64,000 nt of DNA from a virus. The position numbers were made by a program, and so were the translations under genes. Shown one piece after another: positions 37,145 through 46,557 of this stretch. The notes beneath the pieces were generated by a model. The model was not told where the DNA came from. It searched no databases and was given only the letters and a program-made list of their open reading frames with translations. Position 1 is the stretch's first letter. Each line of letters begins with the position of its first letter. The stretch lies in the IMG/VR virus record IMGVR_UViG_3300037502_003888, positions 1 through 64,000 of that record; one strand, written 5' to 3'.

Positions 37145-37698
37145 GCCCAGTGCCAGCTCACAGCACCGCGGTGCAATAGATCATGCTCGGCCAGGCAACA
37201 CAGCGTGAACAAACGATGCTGTCTGCGCCGGTGATTCAAGCACACATACAACGGTCCGGGTTGCCAGGATTCAGGCAACATGGCCTGATCCAGCTGTGAT
37301 CCCGCGGGAAAATCATACCACAGCGTGGTCTCGATCACTGTGAGACAATGATCGCTGTTGCATATGGTGCGGGCCAAGTGCTGCAGATGATCCGTGATGC
37401 CGTGATGGTTGGTGAGGAAGATCAGCTTTTCCAGGGGTGTGTTCCAGGCAGCACAACTGCGGAAGAAATTGTACACAGTGTTGCCGGTGATGCTGGTATG
37501 GTCGCAGTAGTCGGTTTCGTGGAACAAGATCACCGCACGCTCATCCTCAGCATATTGTTCGTCGGCTAGATCATTCATGGCGCGGCTGAGATCATGTGGT
37601 GCCAGATCTACTTCCATGAGATCCACCACATGCCGTATGCGATAGCGCTGCCGTATCAAATCCAAGACTTCGGGCTGTATGCAACCATCCCACATCAT
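37141..37698 (-). CDS. N-terminal half of the same glycosyltransferase-like family
   Basis: YVCLNHRRRQHR matches VSCLNRFPRLHR of 19179-20357; ATGA overlaps at both ends. Confidence 0.55.
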   Translation of the reverse strand: MMWDGCIQPEVLDLIRQRYRIRHVVDLMEVDLAPHDLSRAMNDLADEQYAEDERAVILFHETDYCDHTSITGNTVYNFFRSCAAWNTPLEKLIFLTNHHGITDHLQHLARTICNSDHCLTVIETTLWYDFPAGSQLDQAMLPESWQPGPLYVCLNHRRRQHRLFTLCCLAEHDLLHRGAVSWHWA

Positions 37699-38708
37699 AG
37701 CGTTTGATAGATGCTGAGCAGCAGTTTTGGATCGTAATGGTCGCTCTGTATCTTGGTGATCTGGTCAGTGACGATCTGGTCCACGCTTTCAAATTTCACA
37801 TGCCCCGGCGCTAGATCCTCTTCCACACCCGCTCTGCGCCCCGGCACCAGGCTCATCTCTCTGAGATTGTGTTGTCCCACGAAAGTCTCTTTGATGAAGT
37901 TGGCTTCTTCGTAGGAGATTTCTATGTCGAGATTTACGCGTACATGCATCTTGGGACGCAGGAGCTCGGCACCGTGGTCGATCAGCGTAGACAGATTCCA
38001 GACATTGTATAGTGGCTGATCGGGCCAGGCATGATACTGCGGTTCTTCGCCCCACTCCAGGATCACGCAGCCTCGTTCAGCATCGCCGGCATCGGCGAAG
38101 TTGTGCGGGAACGCATTGCCGATGTAGGTGATGTTTTTCTTGGTCTGGCGTTTGTGGAAGTGTCCAGTGAACACATGTTCAAACCCCTGGAAATCTTCGC
38201 GATGAACTTCGCCATGATCCGGCATCTCTACCATGGCGTTCATGAGATAGCCGGGCAGCTCAAAATGTCCAAACATGTATCGACCCTCGAGTCGTGCAAT
38301 GCGCCGGTGGTCATCAGCTACCAACCACGGTGCCACCACGGCATCGCCTTCGATGAGCCAGTCGTTGCAGATGCGCACACGGGAGAGATGTCGCGCCCAC
38401 TCCACGCTCTGGATGTCACGACGGTCACGATAGTAGAGATCGTGATTGCCGGGTATAAACAGCACCTGATCAAAGTTGTCATTGAGATGCTCCAGGGCTC
38501 GCAGGCTGTAGTTCAGGGTCACGATGTTGATGCTGCTGCGATGATTGTGCCAGTCACCTAGGAACATGGCTGTTTCACAGCCTTGATCGCGTGCCAGGGC
38601 CGTGGCCCACTGCACAAAGGCCAGGCAGTCTTCGTTGTGGGCCTGGCTGTTGCTCTTGAGACCAAAGTGTATGTCCGTGAAAATCATGGCACGGCGAAAC
38701 AGATTCAT
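37695..38708 (-). CDS. gp47: SbcD/Mre11-like nuclease
   Basis: TDIHFG, LGDW, GNHD, GHFE, GHFH metallophosphoesterase motifs. Confidence 0.95.
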   Translation of the reverse strand: MNLFRRAMIFTDIHFGLKSNSQAHNEDCLAFVQWATALARDQGCETAMFLGDWHNHRSSINIVTLNYSLRALEHLNDNFDQVLFIPGNHDLYYRDRRDIQSVEWARHLSRVRICNDWLIEGDAVVAPWLVADDHRRIARLEGRYMFGHFELPGYLMNAMVEMPDHGEVHREDFQGFEHVFTGHFHKRQTKKNITYIGNAFPHNFADAGDAERGCVILEWGEEPQYHAWPDQPLYNVWNLSTLIDHGAELLRPKMHVRVNLDIEISYEEANFIKETFVGQHNLREMSLVPGRRAGVEEDLAPGHVKFESVDQIVTDQITKIQSDHYDPKLLLSIYQTL

Positions 38709-38710
38709 GG

Positions 38711-39592
38711 TTAATCCTCTAGGGGCATGATGGGGTTAAAGGCCTGGGGTGTCTTGGTCTGGCTGTATTGCCGAGTCCAGGAAGGATTGAGTCCGTTCAT
38801 CTCCAAGATGTCATCACGGATGTTTTGATTCTTTTTCTCGATGTTGAGGATGCGAGTGAAGCTGTTGGTGATGGCAGCAGTGTAGTAGGCAAAGGGATTC
38901 TGGGATTTTGATTCATCAAACTGCAGGCCGATCTGGCTGAGCTGCAGCAGGGCCTGACCGCGCATTTCCTCGTTGTAGGTATAGCCTCGCCAGTTTGATC
39001 TAGTGGCATAGCGTTCGCAGAGCTTGAGAAACATCTCTGCGAGTCTGCGTGTCATGTTGCCGTGATCCCGGCTATAGTGTCCGGTTTCTAGGTCGCCCTG
39101 CCAATGGCTTTTGCCCACGAGATATGGAATGCGATGCTCGTTCAAACGGTAGTGTTGGAACGGTGGAAAATTCACCCTGACATGCGTAGGATCCACGGCC
39201 ACTTCCACAGCGATGTCTTCAGAGACTTCATCGAGGTCTTCTTCGATGTCCAGGAGATCTTCCAATCTCTGTTTTTTGGCCTGTGCTTTGGCGGGTTTTT
39301 TGGGCGCCATGGGTATGTGTTCCCAGGTCATGATCCTGAACACCAGGTCTGTGTGTGCGATCTTTTTCTCGTTCTGTGGCTCACCGGTTTCCCGGGCTAT
39401 GCGCGCTGCACGATTCCTGCGGGCCTCGGCTATGGTCCTTTGGTTGATCTTGCTCACAGAGGGCAGTATGATATCAAACTGATGATCTGTGCGTCGGTCT
39501 AGGAAACTGCAGTATGTGTTCTTGCTGAGATGTATTTCTTTGAGTATGTCTCGATTGTTGAGATAGTTCACGCGCGGTGGGGTAGTGGTCAA
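38711..39592 (-). CDS. gp55: Late-transcription sigma factor
   Basis: NYLNN, NWRGYTYNEEM, NPFAYYT; start re-assigned to TTG 39592 behind AGGAG (39600-39604). Confidence 0.88.
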   Translation of the reverse strand: MTTTPPRVNYLNNRDILKEIHLSKNTYCSFLDRRTDHQFDIILPSVSKINQRTIAEARRNRAARIARETGEPQNEKKIAHTDLVFRIMTWEHIPMAPKKPAKAQAKKQRLEDLLDIEEDLDEVSEDIAVEVAVDPTHVRVNFPPFQHYRLNEHRIPYLVGKSHWQGDLETGHYSRDHGNMTRRLAEMFLKLCERYATRSNWRGYTYNEEMRGQALLQLSQIGLQFDESKSQNPFAYYTAAITNSFTRILNIEKKNQNIRDDILEMNGLNPSWTRQYSQTKTPQAFNPIMPLED

Positions 39593-39614
39593 AGCCTTTC
39601 TCCTGTTTTTTGTT

Positions 39615-39642
39615 ATTGTACATGAATCTCGCGCGATGTCAA
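39615..39642 (-). promoter_or_regulatory. Host sigma70-type promoter for the gp55-gp47-gp46 operon
   Basis: TTGACA (39637-39642), 16-nt spacer, TACAAT (39615-39620). Confidence 0.7.
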
Positions 39643-39676
39643 GCCTCGCCAAAAAACCAGTGTTTTTTGATCTGGG

Positions 39677-39682
39677 TAAATA
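39677..39682 (+). promoter_or_regulatory. Late promoter TAAATA for the baseplate operon
   Basis: 17 nt upstream of ATG 39700. Confidence 0.6.
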
Positions 39683-39699
39683 CGTGATGGGGAAGATCT

Positions 39700-41238
39700 A
39701 TGGCATATGACGCGACGAGAGCCGCAGTATTTAATCGGCTCATACAGTTAGGTTACAGCGAGCAAGAAGCACTGAACCAGGCCGGCATCTCTGATGCCGA
39801 TGCCGGCAACTATTCCATAGGCAACAACGGGTCAATTGGCCCGCTGATCGATGGTTCTGGTGCTGCCAACAATCTAGCCGTTGATCCAGTGAGTCGCAGT
39901 GGTTACGCCCAGAATGCCAATCGCGGCGATGCGGCATTTGTGCCCACCGAGACACCGGGCATCAGCCCCTATGGCGAGCAGGACGATGTGTTTGAAGAGC
40001 CTCCCACCATACAACCCGGTGCACAGACCACATTTGACGAATTTGGCAACATCACCTATCCCGTGGCCGACGATGGTGCTGCTTTTTCAGAGTTGCCCGA
40101 CGATGATCTGGCTTTCCAACAGGGTGTGGATCCTGGACCGGGCTATGGCGAATCCGATGACAACTTGGCGTTTGAACCTGTCACAGAAAACCCTGGCGCG
40201 CAGACCACGTTTGATGAATTTGGCAACATAGTATATCCCACTGCTGATGATGGCGATGCCTTCAGCGATCTGCCCGACGATAACCTGGCCTATGGCCAAG
40301 GTGTGGATCCCGGACCGGGATATGGTGTCAGCGATGACAATCTAGCATTTGAACCCGTGCCTGTGGATCCCCAGGCCTTTGATCCTGCCACCCTGCAGGC
40401 TTCGGAGACCAAGGCTGCCTTGCAGCGTACCCAACAGCAAAGTGCCATACAACAGAGACAAAACGAGACCACACGTGGCGATTGGCGTGTGCGCCTGCGT
40501 CTGATGCCCGGTGCCACGTATCTTTACAAAGCCCCCGATGCTGATGTACTCAAGCCCTTGGTAGCCAGCGATGGTGTGATCTTTCCCTATATGCCGCAGA
40601 TCCAGACCAATTATCAGGCCAAATACGACGCCTATGATCTGGTGCACAGCAACTATCGCGGGTATTTCTATCGTGGCAGCAGCGTGAATGAAGTGCAGAT
40701 CACTGGCACATTCACGGCACAGGACACCAAGGAAGCAGAATACGTGTTGGCAGTGATACACTTTTTCCGCTGCGTCACTAAGATGTTCTATGGCAAAGAT
40801 CCCTTGCGTGGAGCACCGCCTCCGCTGGTACAACTCAGCGGTCTCGGTCAGTATCAGTTCAACAATCATCCCTGCGTGGTCAGCAACTTCAACTATAACT
40901 TGCCCAACAACGTCAACTATATCCGTACCACGCCCAACAACCAGGGACTCAACCTCACGCCGCGGCGCAATCTCTCGGGCACGCCCAGCAGCAACACTCT
41001 GGCCAGCATCGCCGCACGTCTCAGCAATGCCGGACTACCGAGAGGTGCCACACCCGAAAGACTGACCCTGGGCGAAGTGCAGGGAGTAGTGGCCGGCACC
41101 GAACAGAGCACCTATGTGCCCACCAAGATCGAACTACAGATCACGCTGTTGCCCATACAGACTCGTCAGCAGGTCAGCCAACAGTTCAGCCTGGAGAATT
41201 TCGCCAATGGCAACCTCATCAAGGGAGGATTCTGGTAA
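39700..41238 (+). CDS. Baseplate/tail-tube initiator-like protein (gp48/gp54 class) with acidic N-terminal repeats
   Basis: C-half FPYMPQI, HSNY, GTFTAQ, HFFR..TKMFYG, GAPPPLV; first gene of the baseplate block. Confidence 0.6.
   Translation: MAYDATRAAVFNRLIQLGYSEQEALNQAGISDADAGNYSIGNNGSIGPLIDGSGAANNLAVDPVSRSGYAQNANRGDAAFVPTETPGISPYGEQDDVFEEPPTIQPGAQTTFDEFGNITYPVADDGAAFSELPDDDLAFQQGVDPGPGYGESDDNLAFEPVTENPGAQTTFDEFGNIVYPTADDGDAFSDLPDDNLAYGQGVDPGPGYGVSDDNLAFEPVPVDPQAFDPATLQASETKAALQRTQQQSAIQQRQNETTRGDWRVRLRLMPGATYLYKAPDADVLKPLVASDGVIFPYMPQIQTNYQAKYDAYDLVHSNYRGYFYRGSSVNEVQITGTFTAQDTKEAEYVLAVIHFFRCVTKMFYGKDPLRGAPPPLVQLSGLGQYQFNNHPCVVSNFNYNLPNNVNYIRTTPNNQGLNLTPRRNLSGTPSSNTLASIAARLSNAGLPRGATPERLTLGEVQGVVAGTEQSTYVPTKIELQITLLPIQTRQQVSQQFSLENFANGNLIKGGFW
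40015..40359 (+). repeat. Tandem 177-nt (59-aa) duplication
   Basis: PGAQTTFDEFGNI.YP.ADDG.AFS.LPDD.LA..QGVDPGPGYG.SDDNLAFEPV starting at 40015 and 40192. Confidence 0.9.
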
Positions 41239-41537
41239 TGGCCGATTATGATGCTACCAGTCCCTATTATCTCACCCAGTACACGCAGTTCTTCCTGGAC
41301 AGCATGGTCAATCGCCCCATACCCAAGGAAAGCGATGATATCCTGTTCACCATCAATCTCACATACCAATATCGTCCAGATCTCCTGGCCTATGACCTCT
41401 ATGGCACACCTACGCTGTGGTGGGTATTCTACCAGCGCAATCCCAACACGCTGACAAAACCGCCACTGGACTTTGCTGTGAACACACAGATCTATCTGCC
41501 CAAAGAATCCACGCTGAAGTCGGCGCTGGGGTACTAA
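41238..41537 (+). CDS. gp53: Baseplate wedge protein, LysM-like
   Basis: YRPDLLAYDLYGTPTLWWVF. Confidence 0.8.
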   Translation: MADYDATSPYYLTQYTQFFLDSMVNRPIPKESDDILFTINLTYQYRPDLLAYDLYGTPTLWWVFYQRNPNTLTKPPLDFAVNTQIYLPKESTLKSALGY

Positions 41538-41540
41538 CCC

Positions 41541-44500
41541 ATGGCCGCGCCCGACATCCAACAACTACAGACACAGCGTACTCAACTCGAAAGTCGAGAA
41601 GCAGAATTACGGCAACAGCTCCGAGCTCTCGAAGAATCAGAAAATCCGTTGTACCGACAGCAGCGACAGCTCAATGCCCAGATCCGGGCACAGCGTACCA
41701 TAGTACAAGATCCCGCGGCCACTGCGGCACAGAAAGATGAGGCCACGGCTCGGGCCACAGAACTAGAACAACAATACAATCAAATCAACAATCAGTTACG
41801 CATCACCAATGATCAGCGAGAGGCCTTGGCCCGCCAGATCTTGGACGTCACTGATCAGCTCATATCTATTGATCGACAGATCGAAGTAGCATCGCAAGGC
41901 AGATCCACCGAGCCTGCACCTGCTGCAACAGTAAGCCAACAGGTATCGCAAGATGCCGGCGATGGTCCCACACAGCCACCACCCCAGATCACACCCGGGC
42001 CCACCAATGCTGATTCTACACCCACACTGGCGGACGGTGGCGGTGACAGTGGTACCGACGCACCTACACGCACTTTCAATCAAACACAGACCGTGGGCAG
42101 TTCCAGCGCGCCCACACCGCTGCGCATTGAAATCACCACTACCAATCGTGATGAAGAAAACGACGATGTCACTGGTGGTGAGATACCCAGCGAGACCGGG
42201 GCCCAGTTACCTCCGCCCAGAGTTTTGCCCGGCACTGCCAACACTTCGGGCACTGGGGCTTCGCGACCCGGTGCTGCCGCGGGCGAAGACACCGGTGCAC
42301 AGTTGCCGCCCAGTTCGGCCACTAGACCACCGGCCGTGACCGGAGGTCTCAGCACCGACAGCAAGATCACACCACAGCCCAACATCTTGGATAAATTTGC
42401 CAACTATACCTATCAGGCCGCGGTGTATCTCATGAGTGACGAGCAGTATCGCACTTATCTGCGCACCGGCAAGCGCACTGTGACTGGGTACAATCTCCTG
42501 TTTCAGAGCGGTGGTGCCGCAGAAAACCAAGGAGGCGCACCAGGTGCTCAGCCCCAGAGCCCACAACAGGCCGGTGCACCTGCGCAGCCCAGCAACACCC
42601 AAGGTCGCAATCCTAATTTTCCCTTGGACTACTACATTGACAGCATCACCATAGAGAATCTCCTGCCAGGCAAGAGCACACAGAGTGCGCACTCGGTGCG
42701 CGAGCTCAAATTCACTGTGGTCGAACCTGCCAACATCAGCCTCATAGACAACATCTACAAAGCCGTGCAAGAGATCAAGCCCAAGGACGCTGCTGGCGCT
42801 GTGAACTATGCCGCGGCGCACTATCTCATGGTGATACGATTCTATGGATATGATCAAAATGGTGTGATACAAAAAGTAGGAGCTGCTGACCCTGTCACAG
42901 GACAGAGTGATCCCAATGCTGTGATCGAAAAGTTCATACCGTTCAAGATCAAAGACATCGCCTGGAGTGTCAGCAACAAACTCGTGACCTATGAATTCCA
43001 ATGCGCGGTCACTGATCAGATGATCGCTCTGGGCACACGTCGCGGATCTGTGCCCGCTGATGTCGAACTCAGCGGTGGCACTGTGCGCGAGATCTTGGCA
43101 GGTGGTGTGATCTACAGCGGAACACCTGCCACCACTGAAGCACCGGGATCGGCCACCACAGCTACTTCCAACCAAACCGATGCTGAAAGTGCCAGGCTCA
43201 ATCGGCAGGCCGGCAATGCTCCGCCCACGGCCACTCGAGCGCCGCAGAAAGCCACTGCAGCGCCCAGTAAAACCGCCATCAAACAAGGGCTGATGCAGGC
43301 CATGAATGACATGCAGAAGCAACTGGTAAAAGATGGAGTGTACGAAGTGGCCGACGAGTATGTGCTGGAGTTCGCTCCTGGGGCTGAAAGCATAGCCGAT
43401 GCCACCATTACCAAACCCGGTGAAAAAACCGACAAGAGCCAGACTCCCGTGGGGCCCGCGCCCAGCCAGCAAGCCAGTACCTTGAGTCCTGACAAACAGA
43501 GCATGGCCTCTACAGCGCGCAATCAGACCATAGTGGCTGGCATGCAACTGATACAGGCCATTGACATCGTGGTTCGCAACAGCAACTACATCACCAATCA
43601 AGCGCAGGTACAGATACGTGATGACACCAGCGGGAGCCAGACCAATCCCGCCAGTGGACGCAAAGGTGTGAATTGGTTCAATGTCACGTTCCGTGCAGAA
43701 CCTCTCAAGTATGACAACAAGCGCAATGACTATGCCTATCGGGTCACTTACATCGTCAGCGTGTTTCCAGTGCAGGATTTTTTGAGTCTCTACTTCCCGC
43801 TGCCACTGTTCCGTGGCCTGCACAAGAGCTATCCCTACTGGTTTACTGGTATCAACACCGCGGTGCTGGACTACACCGCGACCTTCAACAAACTGTACAG
43901 TCTCACTGTGACCAGCAGCACTCCCAACTTTGATGCTTTGGCCAAAACACGTGAAAAATACACCTCCAACATGCGTGACATGGCTTTTTTCCAGTACCAG
44001 GCTCGCAGCACTGAAAGCCAACAGAACACACAGAGCAAGGCCAACGAGTTAGCAGCCAACGCCGCGGAATATCTCTACAACACCAGCGACAATGCCAACG
44101 CCAAGCTGCGCATCTTGGGAGATCCTGCCTGGATCGCACAGGGCAGTTTCACCGGTGCTGTCAGCGCAGAGACATTTACCTACAGTCCATTCCTGCCCGA
44201 TGGTACCATAAATTTTGACAGCAATGATGTGTTGTTTGAGATAGTGTGGCAGAGGCCCGAAGATTATGATATCAACACTGGTCTCGCGGATCCCTACAGC
44301 CGTACCAGCAAGCTCTATGGAGATCGACAGCCCCGGCAGAGCGTGGTATATCGAGCCACCACCGTGGAAAGCGAATTCCGTCAAGGGCGATTTGAACAGA
44401 CAGTGAATGGCACCCTGTACCAATTTCCCTTGCCCGATGGTCGCAACGCAGCTCCGGCAGTGTATCGCGGTACTCAGACCGAGGGCGACGAAGGCGAAGC

Positions 44501-45050
44501 ACAGGCACGACAGAACTTTGCACAACAGCAAGCCCAGGCCCAGGGAGTCAATCGAGCCAACGCGGCTTCGCCTAGCTCGTTGGCAGCAGCGTCGGCTGCT
44601 GTGGGTGCTGCCGGAGCAGCAGTGAATGCCTTGCCTGGTGCTGTGGCTCGTGGGGTCACGGACTTGGCGGGTGCCATACCTTCACCGGCCATCATTCCTG
44701 GATTCAGTGAAGCAGCCAGGATCGCTGGCTATGGCAATCCCGGAGCTATCAGCACACCGATCCCGGGTGCTGTGAATCTCTTGGGCGTGGCTGCCAGCAC
44801 AGCTCGGACGCCGGGAGCGGGCTTGCCATCAGTGTTGCCCAGTTTGCCGCCTGCGGCACCCTCCAGCAACGGACAGAACGTGGGACTGGCTCCCCAGGAC
44901 ATCCAAGAAGCCGAGCGCATACAGGCCGAATCCGGCGATGCACAGGCCATAACTCCGCAACAGGTAGCCAATAACCGGCTAATTAACGAGAGACTGAGCA
45001 GCGTGTTTGGACAGCCCAGTCGCCCGCAAACCATAGCGAGAGAAACCTAA
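41541..45050 (+). CDS. Baseplate hub protein (gp27-like position) with coiled-coil and low-complexity arms
   Basis: NILDKFANYTY, LKFTVVEP, LRILGDPAWI, FRQGRFEQT; directly upstream of gp5. Confidence 0.6.
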   Translation: MAAPDIQQLQTQRTQLESREAELRQQLRALEESENPLYRQQRQLNAQIRAQRTIVQDPAATAAQKDEATARATELEQQYNQINNQLRITNDQREALARQILDVTDQLISIDRQIEVASQGRSTEPAPAATVSQQVSQDAGDGPTQPPPQITPGPTNADSTPTLADGGGDSGTDAPTRTFNQTQTVGSSSAPTPLRIEITTTNRDEENDDVTGGEIPSETGAQLPPPRVLPGTANTSGTGASRPGAAAGEDTGAQLPPSSATRPPAVTGGLSTDSKITPQPNILDKFANYTYQAAVYLMSDEQYRTYLRTGKRTVTGYNLLFQSGGAAENQGGAPGAQPQSPQQAGAPAQPSNTQGRNPNFPLDYYIDSITIENLLPGKSTQSAHSVRELKFTVVEPANISLIDNIYKAVQEIKPKDAAGAVNYAAAHYLMVIRFYGYDQNGVIQKVGAADPVTGQSDPNAVIEKFIPFKIKDIAWSVSNKLVTYEFQCAVTDQMIALGTRRGSVPADVELSGGTVREILAGGVIYSGTPATTEAPGSATTATSNQTDAESARLNRQAGNAPPTATRAPQKATAAPSKTAIKQGLMQAMNDMQKQLVKDGVYEVADEYVLEFAPGAESIADATITKPGEKTDKSQTPVGPAPSQQASTLSPDKQSMASTARNQTIVAGMQLIQAIDIVVRNSNYITNQAQVQIRDDTSGSQTNPASGRKGVNWFNVTFRAEPLKYDNKRNDYAYRVTYIVSVFPVQDFLSLYFPLPLFRGLHKSYPYWFTGINTAVLDYTATFNKLYSLTVTSSTPNFDALAKTREKYTSNMRDMAFFQYQARSTESQQNTQSKANELAANAAEYLYNTSDNANAKLRILGDPAWIAQGSFTGAVSAETFTYSPFLPDGTINFDSNDVLFEIVWQRPEDYDINTGLADPYSRTSKLYGDRQPRQSVVYRATTVESEFRQGRFEQTVNGTLYQFPLPDGRNAAPAVYRGTQTEGDEGEAQARQNFAQQQAQAQGVNRANAASPSSLAAASAAVGAAGAAVNALPGAVARGVTDLAGAIPSPAIIPGFSEAARIAGYGNPGAISTPIPGAVNLLGVAASTARTPGAGLPSVLPSLPPAAPSSNGQNVGLAPQDIQEAERIQAESGDAQAITPQQVANNRLINERLSSVFGQPSRPQTIARET

Positions 45051-45053
45051 CAC

Positions 45054-46556
45054 ATGGCACAAGAAATACAACGCAGCCGGGGCCGGCCCAGTAACTATCG
45101 CCAAGATCGCGGTGGCATGTCCGCTGAGTATGGACCGTTTTTTGGCAAAGTCAAAAACAACGTAGACCCCACACGACAGGGCAGGCTGCAGGTCTATATC
45201 GAGACCTTTGCTGATGGCGATCCTGAAGATGACAGCAAGTGGGTCACGGTGAGCTACATGCCACCGTTTTATGGTGCGACTCCCCCAAATCTATCAGCCA
45301 ACACTGGCGCAGGAACGTTTGCGCAGAACCAGTGCAGCTACGGCATGTGGTTTACTCCGCCTGACATTGGGCTGACTGTGGTATGCGTTTTCGTCAACGG
45401 TGACCGTAATCTCGGTTACTACATCGGCGTGGTACCCGAAAACGGTATCACACACATGATACCAGCCATTGGTGCCGAAGCCAACTATATCAGCAGCAAT
45501 CCAAACCAAGACACATATTTCGCCGACGCACCCTTGATGCCTGTGACCGAAATCAACAGCAGCAACGAACGGTTTGACAATGCGTCGCGGTTCTATGATC
45601 AAGAAAAACCCATACACTCGGTCGTGGCCAGTGCCATGTTCCAGCAAGGCATCTCCAAGGACACAGAACGTGGACCCATACAGAGCTCAAGCCAGCGCGA
45701 AAGTCCGTCTGCGGTGTTTGGTATTTCCACGCCTGGTGTGGCCATATATCAAGGCGGTCTCAAACCTTCAGACATCCGGGAACGGCTCAACAGCGGTGCC
45801 GTGAAACCACAGGACGTATCGGTGATAGGCCGCATGGGTGGGCATACCTTGGTCATGGACGATGGTGACATCGACGGGCGCAACCAGTTGTTTCGTTTGC
45901 GCACCGCCAAGGGCCATCAGATCATGATGAATGACAGCAACAATTTCATCCACATCATACATGCCAACGGTCAGACCTGGATCGAGTTAGGTGTAGAAGG
46001 CACTGTGGATGTTTTCAGCACCAACAGCGTGAACGTACACACCAATGGTGACATCAACATGCATGCTGATCGTGACATCAACATGTTCGCTGGTCGAGAC
46101 ATCAAGGTCAAAGCCAAGCGCCATATCATCACCGAAGCTGACGTAGACTATCGACTCACTGCCAAGAATGACATGAGATTCTGGAGCAAAAACACCATTG
46201 GTGTCAAGGCCGATGGCACTCTGGCCATTCAGAGTGCAGATGGCAGCTGGAACGGTGGGTCTGCACTGAAGTTCACGGCTGGAGGCATTGACCTCAACGG
46301 GCCTGCAGCACCTGCGGTGCCCACACCACAGCCCATACAGAAAAAGCTCATGGACAACACCAAGTTTGACACCAGCAAGGGCTGGATCGTTGACAAGAAC
46401 AAATTAGAAAGCATCGTGGATCGCGCGCCCACGCATGAACCATGGCCCTATCACAATCTAGGCGTGGACACGCAGACCAGTCTAGAGACCGGACAACCCA
46501 CGCCACCGCCCGGCGCGCCAGCAGTGCCAGCCGGGGTCAACATCAGGCGAGACTGA
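45054..46556 (+). CDS. gp5: Baseplate spike, gp5/VgrG-like OB fold plus beta-helix, no lysozyme domain
   Basis: VKNNVDPTRQGRLQVYI, YGMWFTPPDIG, GHTLVMDDG, repeated DINM units, PTHEPW. Confidence 0.8.
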   Translation: MAQEIQRSRGRPSNYRQDRGGMSAEYGPFFGKVKNNVDPTRQGRLQVYIETFADGDPEDDSKWVTVSYMPPFYGATPPNLSANTGAGTFAQNQCSYGMWFTPPDIGLTVVCVFVNGDRNLGYYIGVVPENGITHMIPAIGAEANYISSNPNQDTYFADAPLMPVTEINSSNERFDNASRFYDQEKPIHSVVASAMFQQGISKDTERGPIQSSSQRESPSAVFGISTPGVAIYQGGLKPSDIRERLNSGAVKPQDVSVIGRMGGHTLVMDDGDIDGRNQLFRLRTAKGHQIMMNDSNNFIHIIHANGQTWIELGVEGTVDVFSTNSVNVHTNGDINMHADRDINMFAGRDIKVKAKRHIITEADVDYRLTAKNDMRFWSKNTIGVKADGTLAIQSADGSWNGGSALKFTAGGIDLNGPAAPAVPTPQPIQKKLMDNTKFDTSKGWIVDKNKLESIVDRAPTHEPWPYHNLGVDTQTSLETGQPTPPPGAPAVPAGVNIRRD

Positions 46557-46557
46557 C

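Noticed and set aside
42207-44021. 604-aa antisense ORF
   Set aside because: Antisense shadow of the hub gene with no independent features.
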